Assembly (NCBI GenBank): GCA_020536535.1
Contig: JAHLWZ010000902.1
Coordinates: 1-53,247 of the forward strand
DNA length: 53,247 nucleotides
Reading direction: 5' to 3'
DNA from: Pelomyxa schiedti
Lineage: Eukaryota; Protista; Evosea
In this document: positions 1-10,825 of the stretch, piece by piece
How positions within the stretch are numbered: position 1 is the stretch's first letter
Layout: the number at the start of each line of letters is the position of its first letter
Notes under the pieces: generated by a model
Databases searched by the model: none
The model's input: only the letters and a program-made list of their open reading frames with translations
What the model was told of the DNA's origin: nothing
Translations under genes and position numbers: made by a program

Positions 1-82
1 AAAAAAAAAAACCCTTCGCATAACAATCAATAATGAGGACCGGCCAGTCTAGTCTGAGGTATGCACAAGTTGGAGAACACCT

Positions 83-159
83 CGAATATCGAACGTCGAA
101 TACCGTTTTTTTGGCCGAATAACGTTTTTCGAATACCATCCTGGCCTATTCGGTATTCG
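83..159. repeat. Cluster of short CGAATA/TATTCG direct and inverted repeats (MITE/TIR-like end)
   Basis: CGAATA at 83, 97, 116 and 130, and its reverse complement TATTCG at 147 and 154. CpG-rich, and directly abuts the point (~164) where the vWA reading frame loses homology. Confidence 0.7.
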
Positions 160-164
160 CGCAG

Positions 165-1100
165 CTTTGGTAAAGACCTCAAGAGTATTTACAGGGTTTG
201 TTTTACTGAAACAAGTTGGTTTAGGGACAAACAAAGAAAGGCTGCACCTTGTTTAATTGGCTCTCCTTCCACACTCCCTGATCTGAAATAGGAGGAGTGA
301 GGGATATTTTGATAAGCACAAAAGTAACCTGTCGACAAGGAATATACACTCTGAGACGGCATCACCTTCGAGCTTGGGGAAAAATGTGAGCATTGCAACT
401 TTGTCACCTTGTTCAGATTGTTGAACTCGGCAATTGATTCTGGAGCATAAATATTTGCGTGGCGCAATGTCTGAACTTACTCGTGCAAGTTGTATCAAGA
501 GTTCAAAATCCTTCCCTGGTGCGAACGGTTTTTCAGCAAGTGTCACTATTGCCCTCGTAGGCTTATCTCCTGGGTCAACAGTGATAGCGATATATGACGG
601 CTCATGTTTTTTCCGCTCAGGGGCAGCAAGGTGGGAAGTAAAAGGTGAGAGGCGTTAATAAAAATACGATATGCCCCTACTTCCTTGAAGTAAATGGCCA
701 CTGGCTGAAAGGGCGTAAAGTGACATCGAAGGGTTCGCCTAAAATGACAGCCGAGAGGAGAGTTCTGTATAGAGTGTGCAGTAACAGTTACTGTGCTTGT
801 ACATTGAGTGCCTGAGATGTCCTCAAAGACTTGGGACTGGTGCACAATTGATGTTCCAGGGGTTTGATTTGTGAGGAACTGTCAGTTTGATTGAAGAAAA
901 ACGTACCAGCCGTTAGGTTATGAGACCTGGTCTCCCCACGTTTTTGCATAGCAACTGGGACCAACATTTCCTTCGCAACCTGAAATAAGTCGTGGAGACA
1001 GCCGTGATGTGGCAGTAGGAGGGAACCTTCTGAGGACCCCACCCAACTGTTGCATCGCGGCAGTTGTCCATAACATCCGAAGAAAAAACCCATGGAATGT
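165..1100 (-). pseudogene. VIT/vWA-domain protein (VWA5A-like), truncated with an in-frame stop
   Basis: Spliced minus-strand exons read ...RAIVTLAEKPFAPGKDFELLIQLA...VAMLTFFPKLEGDAVSECIFLVDR|SGSVEGEPIKQ|VKQTL*ILLRSLPK. This matches the vWA MIDAS start (FLVDRSGSM) and the 'L.LFLRSLP' helix. TAA at 189-191, and homology stops at ~165. The 5' end is uncertain. Confidence 0.65.
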
Positions 1101-1867
1101 CGAAAACGCCAAATAAACTAATATGAGTGTCTCTTGGTACGAAATATTACTCCGAACCCCATAATCCAAAACCGACTGGCATGGACATGTGGCAGTATCC
1201 CCGTCAATCGCACACTAACAAGCCACAACCGACGCACCACATACGTCGTTCTTTCCTTTTATATGCTTTGATGTTATTCGGGGTCTTCCAGATCTGCGAC
1301 TGAGATTAGGACTGGACTTCAACACAACAAGATATGCTGTTGGTCAACAACCGCAACAACAGTCGGCACCCGGGCAGGTCAATAACAACCCCACAGGGAA
1401 TATTCTGGGGGAAAAACGAAAAAGTTCCCAATTTGCAATTACCCCGCCAAACTAATCTCCAAAAAATAATCAAACTAACTCAAAAAAATAAACAAACCAA
1501 CGATGGCCGGACCTCACGACACAAGAACAAACAGAGTAAACATCGGTAAGTATTGCTAATGACTGCAATGTGTCCGTGTCCCCGTGTTCTTTGCTCAACA
1601 TTTTTTGAAAGTTTTTTTTTCCCTTGTTTAAGCACCACAAGAGATCTTCCTTTTGTACTCTCGTTCTAGTTTGCCTTTCTCGTTGTGTAGAGCTGCCTAG
1701 ATCTCTACTGCATTTTTGGCTGCGATCCTAGTTGTAATAGGTTTGCCACAAGTTATCCTCAATACAATAAATTAACTTGGCACAAAGCTAAGTGCCTTCT
1801 CATCTTAGTCTAACTAATACTTACATTTAAATAGGCACCACCAAAGCCGATTTTGCAAGTACATCAT

Positions 1868-1983
1868 ATCACAAGTATCTCATCTCCATCCCCTTCGTAT
1901 TAAAATCACAAGTAAAATCACAAGTATCATCATCCATCCCCTTCGTAAAATCACAAGTATCATCACAAGTAAAATCACAAGTA
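1868..1983. repeat. Degenerate minisatellite (ATCACAAGTA x6, with two CCATCCCCTTCGTA spacers)
   Basis: Six copies of ATCACAAGTA are visible at about 1868, 1905, 1917, 1950, 1962 and 1974. Confidence 0.85.
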
Positions 1984-2200
1984 TCATCAGTCAAGTCTCC
2001 AACAACCACATCCTTCCTTCCTTGACAACAAACAAGCCCCCCAAGCCGATTTTATGGAGCATCAACATTCACCAACGAATTTCAAAGCCAAGTGTAATTT
2101 CAACGAAGGAAAAAAGATGCGGCGTGCAATTTGTACCTTATTTTTTTCCTCTTATTCCTACCATTGCTCTCCCGAAATTCCAGGACAGATACTAGCAGTC

Positions 2201-2646
2201 TCACACTGGTTCCAAGATTCCATCCTGGAACTCCAAACCAAATGTTGGGGTGTGCACGTTACTGAGTCCTAAGGGGGTACTTCACCTCCTGGCAGCGCAC
2301 AACAGCAGTGATTCTGAAACGGATTGACAGGAGCCTGTAAGAAAAACCAGAATGGAAAAAAAAACCACCAAGATGCGGCCACGGCACCTACAGCAACAGA
2401 CACATCACCGGCAGCAAAGGAACCACTACAAACACAACCCGACTACTGTGCCAGATCTTCGCGCCAACCCACCCACTAACTGTAAACCACTTGGCAACCA
2501 GTTCGCAGTCGTAACATTCTTTTTTCGAAACTCACTCGTCCCGCCCGCGACAGAGCACTATCACAGCCACGACCGGTGCGCGTGCACCACTCTGGGGCGG
2601 CGGGGGCGGTGGTGGTGTGCGTGGCGTGGCTAGCGAGAGAGGCCAT
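2201..2646 (-). CDS. Hypothetical small single-pass membrane protein (3 exons, tentative)
   Basis: MASLASHATHTTTAPAAPEW...RAGR|LVGGLARRSGTVVGVVFVVVPLLPVMCLLL|LLSIRFRITAVVRCQEVKY...EPV* using canonical GT-AG sites. The first exon is GC-rich as in other genes. No family recognised. Confidence 0.3.
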
Positions 2647-3650
2647 TTGCACTTGCACAAAGTGGCTGTTTTTTGGCTGGTGGGTGATGGCAGCTGCCGA
2701 AGTATGCTGACGCTTTCTTGTTGTTATATGTCTCACTGGCGTGGTAGGCCTTTGATGCATCAGGCAACGGTTTCGTTGGGAGTGAAGCCTCATAAGGTTT
2801 TTTTCTTTCCCTGTTAATGCACAACCCTTCGTTCACTTTTCTCTAAGAGTAATGTGGCAGCGGCATTGTGGGGTCGGCAAAACGGATGGATGCTTGTCCA
2901 ATTGAAAAAGTGATTTTTCACCCAGTAGCTGGTGATACTTGGTCTACAATGTGCAAAACCCCGTATTGTACCTCAGGGAGTAAAGTGCCACCAGTTCGTT
3001 GCCTTTTGGAACGCCACCAGTGGAAGAATAGTTGTTACTTGGTCTCGCACAACGTTTCTGCTCTGTGACTGGAACAACAGACAAAACCACAGGTAATATG
3101 TTCAAAAAGATGTTTGCACAATGCCGCAAGAGTAATCAATGCTGAACCACATTAAATGAAATCAAGTGACCGGCAAGACTTGGCTCGAGATATACTAGAA
3201 GGAAACTGGCGTGCTGTGTTCTTTGCGCCATCAGAGCTACTGGCTCTGAATATATTACAAGAGCGGTACCAATAACTGAAGCTGCACCCCTGCCGGAGTT
3301 TCTTAAATGCTTTTGGGTGGCAGAGATATCTCTCAACACTTGAAAGTTCTAGAAAACTACTCTGACCAACAAAACCGAGAAAGTATCCTAGGCGATTCCG
3401 CACTTCGGTACATAAAGCGCCCTCTCTTACGTTGCCCACCAATTTTCAAGCTGAGGTGCATAGTATAGGAGCCACTTTATATATGAAAAACCTCCCTCTT
3501 ACTTTTTGTGGGCAGTCCCAAATAATGGCGATAGTGCCAAAAAAACAAGGGAGTTCTCAAATAACCTCACCACCTTGGCTCGTTCGAATTTTCACATAGA
3601 AATAGCCTTAGCCAAAACACCATCAAAAAAAAAACAACAAGCGATCGCCA

Positions 3651-4674
3651 ATGAGGGCGGCCATTGGGGGAGGCAGCTCACTGCCCGCGGAGAAGAGGGA
3701 ATCTGTGAGGATACGGAACGTGTGTGGGTCCACGGCTGGCGCCGGCAGCGGCGATTTTCATATGTATGTGTAATGCAATGTCAATGTGTCAATAGTGGGC
3801 TGCGTTGTGCCCTGTGGTTGTAGTGGTCATTTTTTTTTTTTTTTTTGTTTTCTGTTTGAGTTGTTGGTCTGACTTTGGGGTCTCTAGGTACAGGGCAATG
3901 AGGCGCCATGAAATGCAAAGACTGGAAAACATGGAGAAGGAGGAAAAGCAGAAGAAACAGTTGGAGGAGTGGGAAATCAGGGCGCAGCAGAGGAAGGAGG
4001 CAGAGGAGATTTCGCAGGCACGAAGCAAATCGAGGAGGGAGGCGAAACAGAGGCGGCAGTTGCACGCGAAAATACGTCACAAAGCCGAAGTAGCACTGGC
4101 AAAAATGGAGGCAGATAGCAAGAAGAAATCAGAGGAGGACCTTAAGGTGCCCAAGTCATCTGATTCACCCTCTGAAAAGCCGGCTTCTCAGCATCCAACA
4201 TCAACTAATACAAAGGAACAAGAACCCACCGCAACTACAAGCACAAGCACCGCTGCCGAAAACGTTTCCGCCACCACTACATCTTCCCAACCTCAAATTA
4301 ATGCAACCGGTACAAATGCAGAACCAACCAAGGCCACAACAGCAAGTGCAGATGGAAAAGCCAAGAAAAAGAAGAAGAAGCACAAAAAGTCCAAAAAGCA
4401 CACTGAACAAAAACCTGCTGCACCTCAAAGTGAAAACCCACAAAGCAACCCTACCTCTGCCCCCACACCCAACTCAAAACCGGCATCAACAGCTGAAACA
4501 AAACCAGCAGAACCAACCACAATGCCAACAAGCAGCACAACAGATACCACATCCACCTCTTCATCAACAACCCAAGCAGACCAAGTATCCACCATAACTC
4601 CCACAAATACAAACCCTACCACACAGTCTGAAGTACCTTCTGAACCCACTAATAAAAAGCCAAGGCTCTCCTAA
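3651..4674 (+). CDS. PRKRIP1: PRKR-interacting protein 1 homolog (DUF1168, spliceosome C* factor) with a long S/T/P/K-rich tail
   Basis: Exon 1 (3651-3763) + intron 3764-3887 + exon 2 gives [36 protein letters not shown], the PRKRIP1 signature (NVxGSxAGAGSGEFHxYR), followed by a charged coiled coil. Confidence 0.88.
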
Positions 4675-4845
4675 TTCCATTCGATTGAACTTTTTTCCGG
4701 CTTCTAAGAAAGCAACAAGTTGTTGAATCAAACAAAGTTTCGTAACGGCGCTGGTCTCGGGTGATGTGACACATTGAAACCCCTGCGTATTTTTTAAGGA
4801 CATGTCGAAATCTTGGTCCTGCATTTGTATTATTTATTCGAAGCC

Positions 4846-7694
4846 ATGCAGCGGGCACGACGAGGTGGTAACAACGCAAGAAACTTCACGCGGCCAGTCA
4901 CAAAGGAGATCGTAATAATAAGTGACGGTGACTACGACTGCGACGCCGATGACGAAGATTCGCCCAGAGGCACGCCCGAGCAGAAACATTCACCAGATTC
5001 CATTGTCATAAGTGACGACTCTTGTCCGGAGGAGCCCATACAAGATACCGTTAAAACCGCACGAGGAGGTGTTTCCAGCTCTGCCCACGGCGGGGCCCAA
5101 GAAAGAAGACCCCGGCTCTGTGTACTACGAGCTTATTCGAAAGCTCTCATGCTTCAAGCCCATGAACGTGAAACTCGTCGGACGTCTACTAACCGATTCA
5201 CACTGAAAGCTCCTTCCGTTCCGTGCTCGATTTACCTCAGGCGTATGCAATATGTTGAGCTTCCAGAACCGACTTCCAACCTTCCAAGAACCAGCTTCTC
5301 CACAGCCAAACCTTTGGACACATGTGCCTATGTAGAATACAAGACACGAAATTATGCTGTTGACGACTGGGTTCTATTTTCTCCAAGTGCTGTCCAACGG
5401 GGTCCACATGGCGAAGAACTGGAACGTACTTTCACGGTCAAGCGCTACTGGACAGGGCATATTATGGAGATTATGCCAAGGTCTTCAACCGCAAGTCCTC
5501 TGCTGCGTGTACGGCGGTTTTGGAGCCCTGAAACCACCTTCTGTTACAGGGACGGGGCTTACCCACGTGAACCACGTGAATTGTACATGGGTCATAAGGA
5601 TGACTGGCACTCCTTTGGGTTCTACGAGCAAACTTACATAAGGAAACGATGTTATGTATGAGCCTGTCCACTTTTTGCTACAGAAAAGAAGTGGTAACAC
5701 TATCCTAGGTCAAATACTTCCCCACTCCAAAAGGAGCTGAATTTGATCATTGGGTTGAACAGGATGACCATTTTTTTTATAGATTTGAGTACAACGACCA
5801 GGAGTGAGTGCCTTTTTCACTTTTTTGCTTCTAACCTGCTCTAGTTGTAGCTACACTGATCTATGTGACACTAAACCGAGGGATATCACTCAACCACCTC
5901 GTATCTTGGATCTATTTTGTGGGTGTGGTGGGCTCAGTTATGGTTTTGAGCAGGTATAATTTCTGGGTGGGACGAAAACTTATGACTGTAAAACAGGCAG
6001 GATTCCCTGTTACGTGGGGTGTTGAAATAAATCCTAACATAATGAGAACTTATAGCAAAAACCATCCCAATACCATCCCTATCCTAGGAGATGCTAACTC
6101 ACTGTTAAAGGCTTTAGAAAAGTTGGTGGAAACAACACACAACGGTAACTCATTATTCCTTTTTTGCTATGTCTTACAGAACATAGGCACCAGCCTCAGT
6201 GACCAACAGAAAGAAAGTGACTCCGAAGATCAAGACCCCTGTCTTATTACTCATGTTAGAGATTGGCGCTTCCTCAAACCGCCGGAGGTGGAGTTTCTTG
6301 TTTCTTGGACATCGTCTTCACAACACTTCGAGTCTTGGCTTCCACAGTCTAAAGTGCCTGCTGATAAGATTTCCGAATTCCTGCGTTCCCGCTATAGTAA
6401 CTTCTCACGCAAAGTTGCCGAGAATGCAATGGAGGGACAGGAAATACAATTTAGCAGCGCAGAAGACTCCACCCTTCCATGTATCCCACTCCCAGGCGAA
6501 GTGACAATTCTCATTGGTGGACCCCCTTGCCAAGGGATTAGCCGTAGAAACAAAACGCGATCGTACGACATGCATGACAAGAATAACGCACAGGCTGGTG
6601 TATTTCTCGAATATGCGCGACTATTGCGTCCGGAAGTTGTACTATTTGAGAATGTTCCAGGAATTTTTGATCATGATGCTGCACTGTTGCGGGCGATAAT
6701 GTCAACGTTACTGGCTTTGGGGTACCAAATTCGAGTGGCTCTGCTAAATGCTTGCTCCTTCGGAGTACCCCAGACAAGATGGCGCACCTTTCTCTGGGCT
6801 GCAAGAAGTGGCACAAAACTACCGGAATTTCCTATCGGGACGTACCGACTACTAGACTATAAGGGGTGGGCACATTGCCATTCACAGGTGCCGAAGCGAT
6901 TTCGGAAGTACATCCCATTTCAATTGAAAAAGTATTTCTAAATGCTCATTTTAAGGTTTATTAAATTCCCAAACCCTCGAAACCTGCAAGCTCCTCTAAC
7001 AGTGTACGATGCCGTTTCAGGTTGACCAAATCCAAAACAAACTATAAATACCAACAATTGAGTTTGGCACAGACCTTCCAGAGACCGTTACAGGCCATGG
7101 TCAGGCCCGGTATGCTCACTACTATCTATCCCCATATCAAGCAATGATGCGAATGGGCACCGACACCACAGTCACACTGCACATTGCTAAGCCCGATGTT
7201 ACAAAAGATCCTCCTCCTCCACTTGATCTTCCTCTTTCACTGGATGGTAACCTCCCTGATGGATACCTGCCCCACGTAAGTCCACGCCTTCTTAATGGAC
7301 GAGCTAGTCATATAACATGGGGGCAACCGTTCTGGACAATCACAGGAGATTACAGTACCATGTTGCATCCCCGTGGAAGAAGGACGTTTTCCGTACGCGA
7401 AGTATGCTCTCTCATTGTATCACAGTCAGCCTTGAGACGTTTTTCACCTTTGCTTTTAATAGTGCGCAAGAGCGCAGGGCTTTCCTGACCAGTGGTATTT
7501 TTTCGGCAGTATGACGTTGATGTACCAGCAAATTGGTGTATGACTTGTATGGTTTCTTTTCACTCTAACAACACAACCAGAACGCTATACCCGTGCCACT
7601 AGCTCGTGCCCTAGCCGAGATGTTACAAAAATCTACTCCTTCCCCACCCCCTTCACAGTACCTCCCAGTCACACCACAACAAGAAAACTCCTGA
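4846..7694 (+). CDS. C5 cytosine DNA methyltransferase with N-terminal BAH domain and a chromodomain inside the catalytic domain (chromomethylase-like)
   Basis: Exons approx. 4846-5655, 5709-5803, 5851-5953, 5997-6144, 6187-6907, 6956-7020, 7073-7401, 7463-7537, 7581-7694 form one open frame. BAH (YAVDDWVLF...WTGHIMEI...RRFWSPETT...RELY...FFYRFEY), motif I DLFCGCGGLSYG (~5909), chromo-like segment (~6234-6389), motif IV GGPPCQG (Cys 6528-6530), VI FENV, VIII GVPQTRWRTF, TRD PLTVYDAVSDLP, IX RTFSVRECARAQGFPD, X YQQIGNAIPVPLARAL. Confidence 0.93.
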
Positions 7695-7869
7695 CACCGC
7701 GCAATCGTGGTGTAGCACTAATTCGTGTTTTCTTTATTGAGAAATCCTTTGTCCTGAACCCCAGATTGACTCCTTAATTAGGATACACACGCTTCGTCGA
7801 ATTCTGAACCACGATTCCAAGGGTTTTTAATGCCAAACAAACGAAAAGAAACGCCCTCAAATCGCCGCC

Positions 7870-8451
7870 ATGACTACCGTCACCGACGCAGCAGCCCCCG
7901 AGACCCCATCGTCCACCACCGTGACGTCCCACGTGCCGTCGTCAGCACCAGCGCCGCAACCTTCAACTCTAACAGTCGCCGTATCCGCAGCACCATCAAC
8001 AACAACAACCGAAACCAGTGTTGGTGCTGCCACTACCGAGGCCGTTATCGAAGGCGCGCACGCCGCTGCGACGGCGAGCACGAGCACGGCCGATCTGATC
8101 CGGCTGTGCCACACGCTGTGGGACGTGGTGCTGCCGCAGACGTGCCGGCACAGCTTCTGCGTCGCCGGGTACGAGCACCTGCTGCGGGACGCCGGGCGGC
8201 TGCGGCCGGGCAGCCCGCCCCCGCCGCCGCCGGCGGCGCCGCGGGACGAGGACGTGGGGGCGGAGGTCTGCATGCTGGGGACGGTGGGCGAGGCGTTCTT
8301 CCCGCTCGCGGGGCTGTGCGCCAGGAACGTGGCGAGGTCGCTGGCGACCTGGGCGTCGGTGTCTGAGTACCTGATGCTGCAGTCCGACTTGGACGACATG
8401 TCTCGCGAAAAGAGAAGACGAAGGAAGCACTTTGGTACGCGTAACTACTAA
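7870..8451 (+). CDS. Probable first exon of the downstream ankyrin-like repeat gene (T/S/A-rich N-terminus followed by a GC-rich segment)
   Basis: 193-aa ORF with strong GC3 bias at 8060-8400, followed by an AT-rich intron-like stretch. The exact splice to 8624+ was not resolved. Confidence 0.5.
   Translation: MTTVTDAAAPETPSSTTVTSHVPSSAPAPQPSTLTVAVSAAPSTTTTETSVGAATTEAVIEGAHAAATASTSTADLIRLCHTLWDVVLPQTCRHSFCVAGYEHLLRDAGRLRPGSPPPPPPAAPRDEDVGAEVCMLGTVGEAFFPLAGLCARNVARSLATWASVSEYLMLQSDLDDMSREKRRRRKHFGTRNY
8060..8400. other. GC/CpG-rich island in a 5' coding exon (one of at least 7 in the window)
   Basis: About 17 CpG in 8101-8220 by eye count. Similar islands at ~27400-27800, 31560-31900, 36550-36840, 40840-41140, 44450-44950 and 50600-50830. 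Confidence 0.8.
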
Positions 8452-8623
8452 TAGTAATAGTAATACTACTACTACTACTACAACCTCGTTGATTGTAGCT
8501 ACTATCTTTGTGTATCTCTTATGCTTGGTGTTGTTGGATTTGTTTTTTTTTGTATGTTTGGCATTAGTTTGCTTGCTTGTTTTTAATAAGTAAACAAGTG
8601 GATGGGGCATTTCTAGTTCTAAT

Positions 8624-10693
8624 TTGAAGTCTCGCAAAGGGCGGGATTTGACACAGCAGGATTGTGGTGAACAGGCTGCACTGTCAATCTTTTCTTCAAT
8701 GGGCTTGGTGAAAATGGTGGGGTGGATGCTGACTCATGGTCAAAATTTACCCAGTGACGGATGGGGTTCAGGCTTCACTGATGCAGTTGTGTTGAACGAG
8801 GCCATCAGGTTAGCCAAACTATAAACGCTTTGAGAAAAGTAAGGCTCTTTCCATAGGAAGGGAAAAGTTAATGTTTTGCGTTACATGATGTCACGGAGTG
8901 GGATCCATCCTTTGACCCTGGCGGAACGCTATGACTTGTTATATCATCTGTGCTTTCGTGGGGATACATCCATGTGTCAGTGGTTAATTGACTCCTGTGG
9001 AATTGCCGGCGATAATCTGCGGCCCCTGAAGAACAAGGCCTTTAGGATTGCCTGTTCCAATGGCCATTTCACAATGGCACAGTGGCTAGCAACCCTATTT
9101 TCCTTAACGCCTGAGGATGTAAGAAGTAAAGAAAACTGCGCACTTAGGAAAAGCTGCAGCGGCGGTTACTTGAATATTGTACAGTGGCTTGTTACTCAAT
9201 TTGGGCTTACCGTGGACGACGCTGTAACTCCCGTCAACGAAATAATCGGTACTATTTATTACGCCTGTAGAGGGGGTCATTTTGACGTTGTCCGGTGGCT
9301 AGTCAGTACTTTCAGTCTTACTAACGTACCCCGCTGCGGTGTTGATGCTTTAATGGGCTCTTCCATAGGAGGGCACCTTGAAATGGCGAAGTGGCTATTT
9401 ACAACTTTCTCAATGGAAAGAGTGGATATTAGTTGTTTAAACGAATCTTGCGCCTATGGACACCTAGAGATGGCCAAGTGGCTATGTGATAAAGTCCCTG
9501 TTAAAAAAACTGATGACTTGAGTGAAATGCTGTACCATGCGTGCCGCGAAGACCACTTTGAGGTGAGGAAACTTGTTTTGCTTTCTTTGCTAACATCGAA
9601 AAATAAGGTGGCCAAATGGCTGCACGAAAACTTTACAATCCCATCAGATTCTCATTTTCTTCCAGAGTGCTTAGAAGCGGCATATAATGCAAAAAATCTC
9701 CCGCTGCTGAAGTGGCTTGTGTCCACCTTCCCAATGCCTACTGCTATTGATCCCGCATCTTATCTCCTGGGATATTTTTGGGATAATGACAACTTTGAGA
9801 TTGTGGAGTGGTTCACACAACATTTTACCTTTCCCCCTGACACAGCGGGTGGATTGGGTACTATACCAGAGCTTCCAATACTGCAATATGCCTTGAAGAC
9901 GTTTTCGATCAGCCATTCCTCACTGCGTCGCACTTTGAGGTCTTTGATGGAAATAGGTGCCCTTGACTGCATTTCATGGCTGAATTCCGTGGAACACTTC
10001 ACGGCTGACGAAATGTTCGCCACTAAGGCAGTCCAGTTATTCCCCCACGTTTTACAGTGGGTGGTCACGCAGTGCCCACCCAGTGACATCATCGCGAGCC
10101 ATTTTTCTGAGTCCCTAATAGGGGTGTGCCAATGTGGGAATACTTGCCTTGCGTCTTGGCTTATAGACCAGTTCCACATGATCCACAAGAAGCCGAACAA
10201 GAAAATTTTGGCTCTATTCAATGATACCATTACAAAGGCGTTTGTCGAAAGTTGTCAAGTGGGCAATATAAAGACTTGTGAGTGGCTTCTGGAGAAGTTT
10301 GGAAACAAGCTAGACAAGAAGAGGGACCAAACCACAGCCTTCAAAGCGGCCTGTGAATATGGACACCTAAGGTTTTCCATAACCAAGAAATCATTACTCT
10401 ATTCTGACAACATCACTAGGCTCGCCCAGCTTCTGAGTGACCGGTTCTCCATCTCCAAGCCCCGGGTTGCAGAAGAGAGCTTCTGTGCATTCCGGCGAGC
10501 ATGCCAGAATTCCCACCTTCATGTGGCCATGTGGCTCACTGAGAAGTACAACCTCACTGCCGATGAGGTGAAGATAACTGAAGCCTTCCTTACTAGAAAG
10601 TGTGCCAAACGGCACAGCTTCACTACACTCCTATGGCTTGAGGAGTACTTCAACATGCACACCACTGCTCCTCCACCAACAGATTCTACCTAA
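8624..10693 (+). CDS. Divergent ankyrin-like repeat protein
   Basis: Repeated units such as AFRIACSNGHFTMAQWL, ALRKSCSGGYLNIVQWL, YYACRGGHFDVVRWL, ESCAYGHLEMAKWL, AFKAACEYGHL and AFRRACQNSHLHVAMWL. Confidence 0.82.
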
Positions 10694-10825
10694 TAAAGTT
10701 ATTGGTACCAAACATTCACTTTGAAAGTGAACATAAAAACCGCCGAACAACAAAAACAGAAATTCCAAGAACAACACAACGATTTCGCGCAGAACAACAA
10801 CGAACGAGGCGGGTAGAACGAAACC

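Noticed and set aside
2830-3450. Protein-like minus-strand frame with several stops (possible decayed gene or transposase)
   Set aside because: No recognisable motif, so a product cannot be supported.
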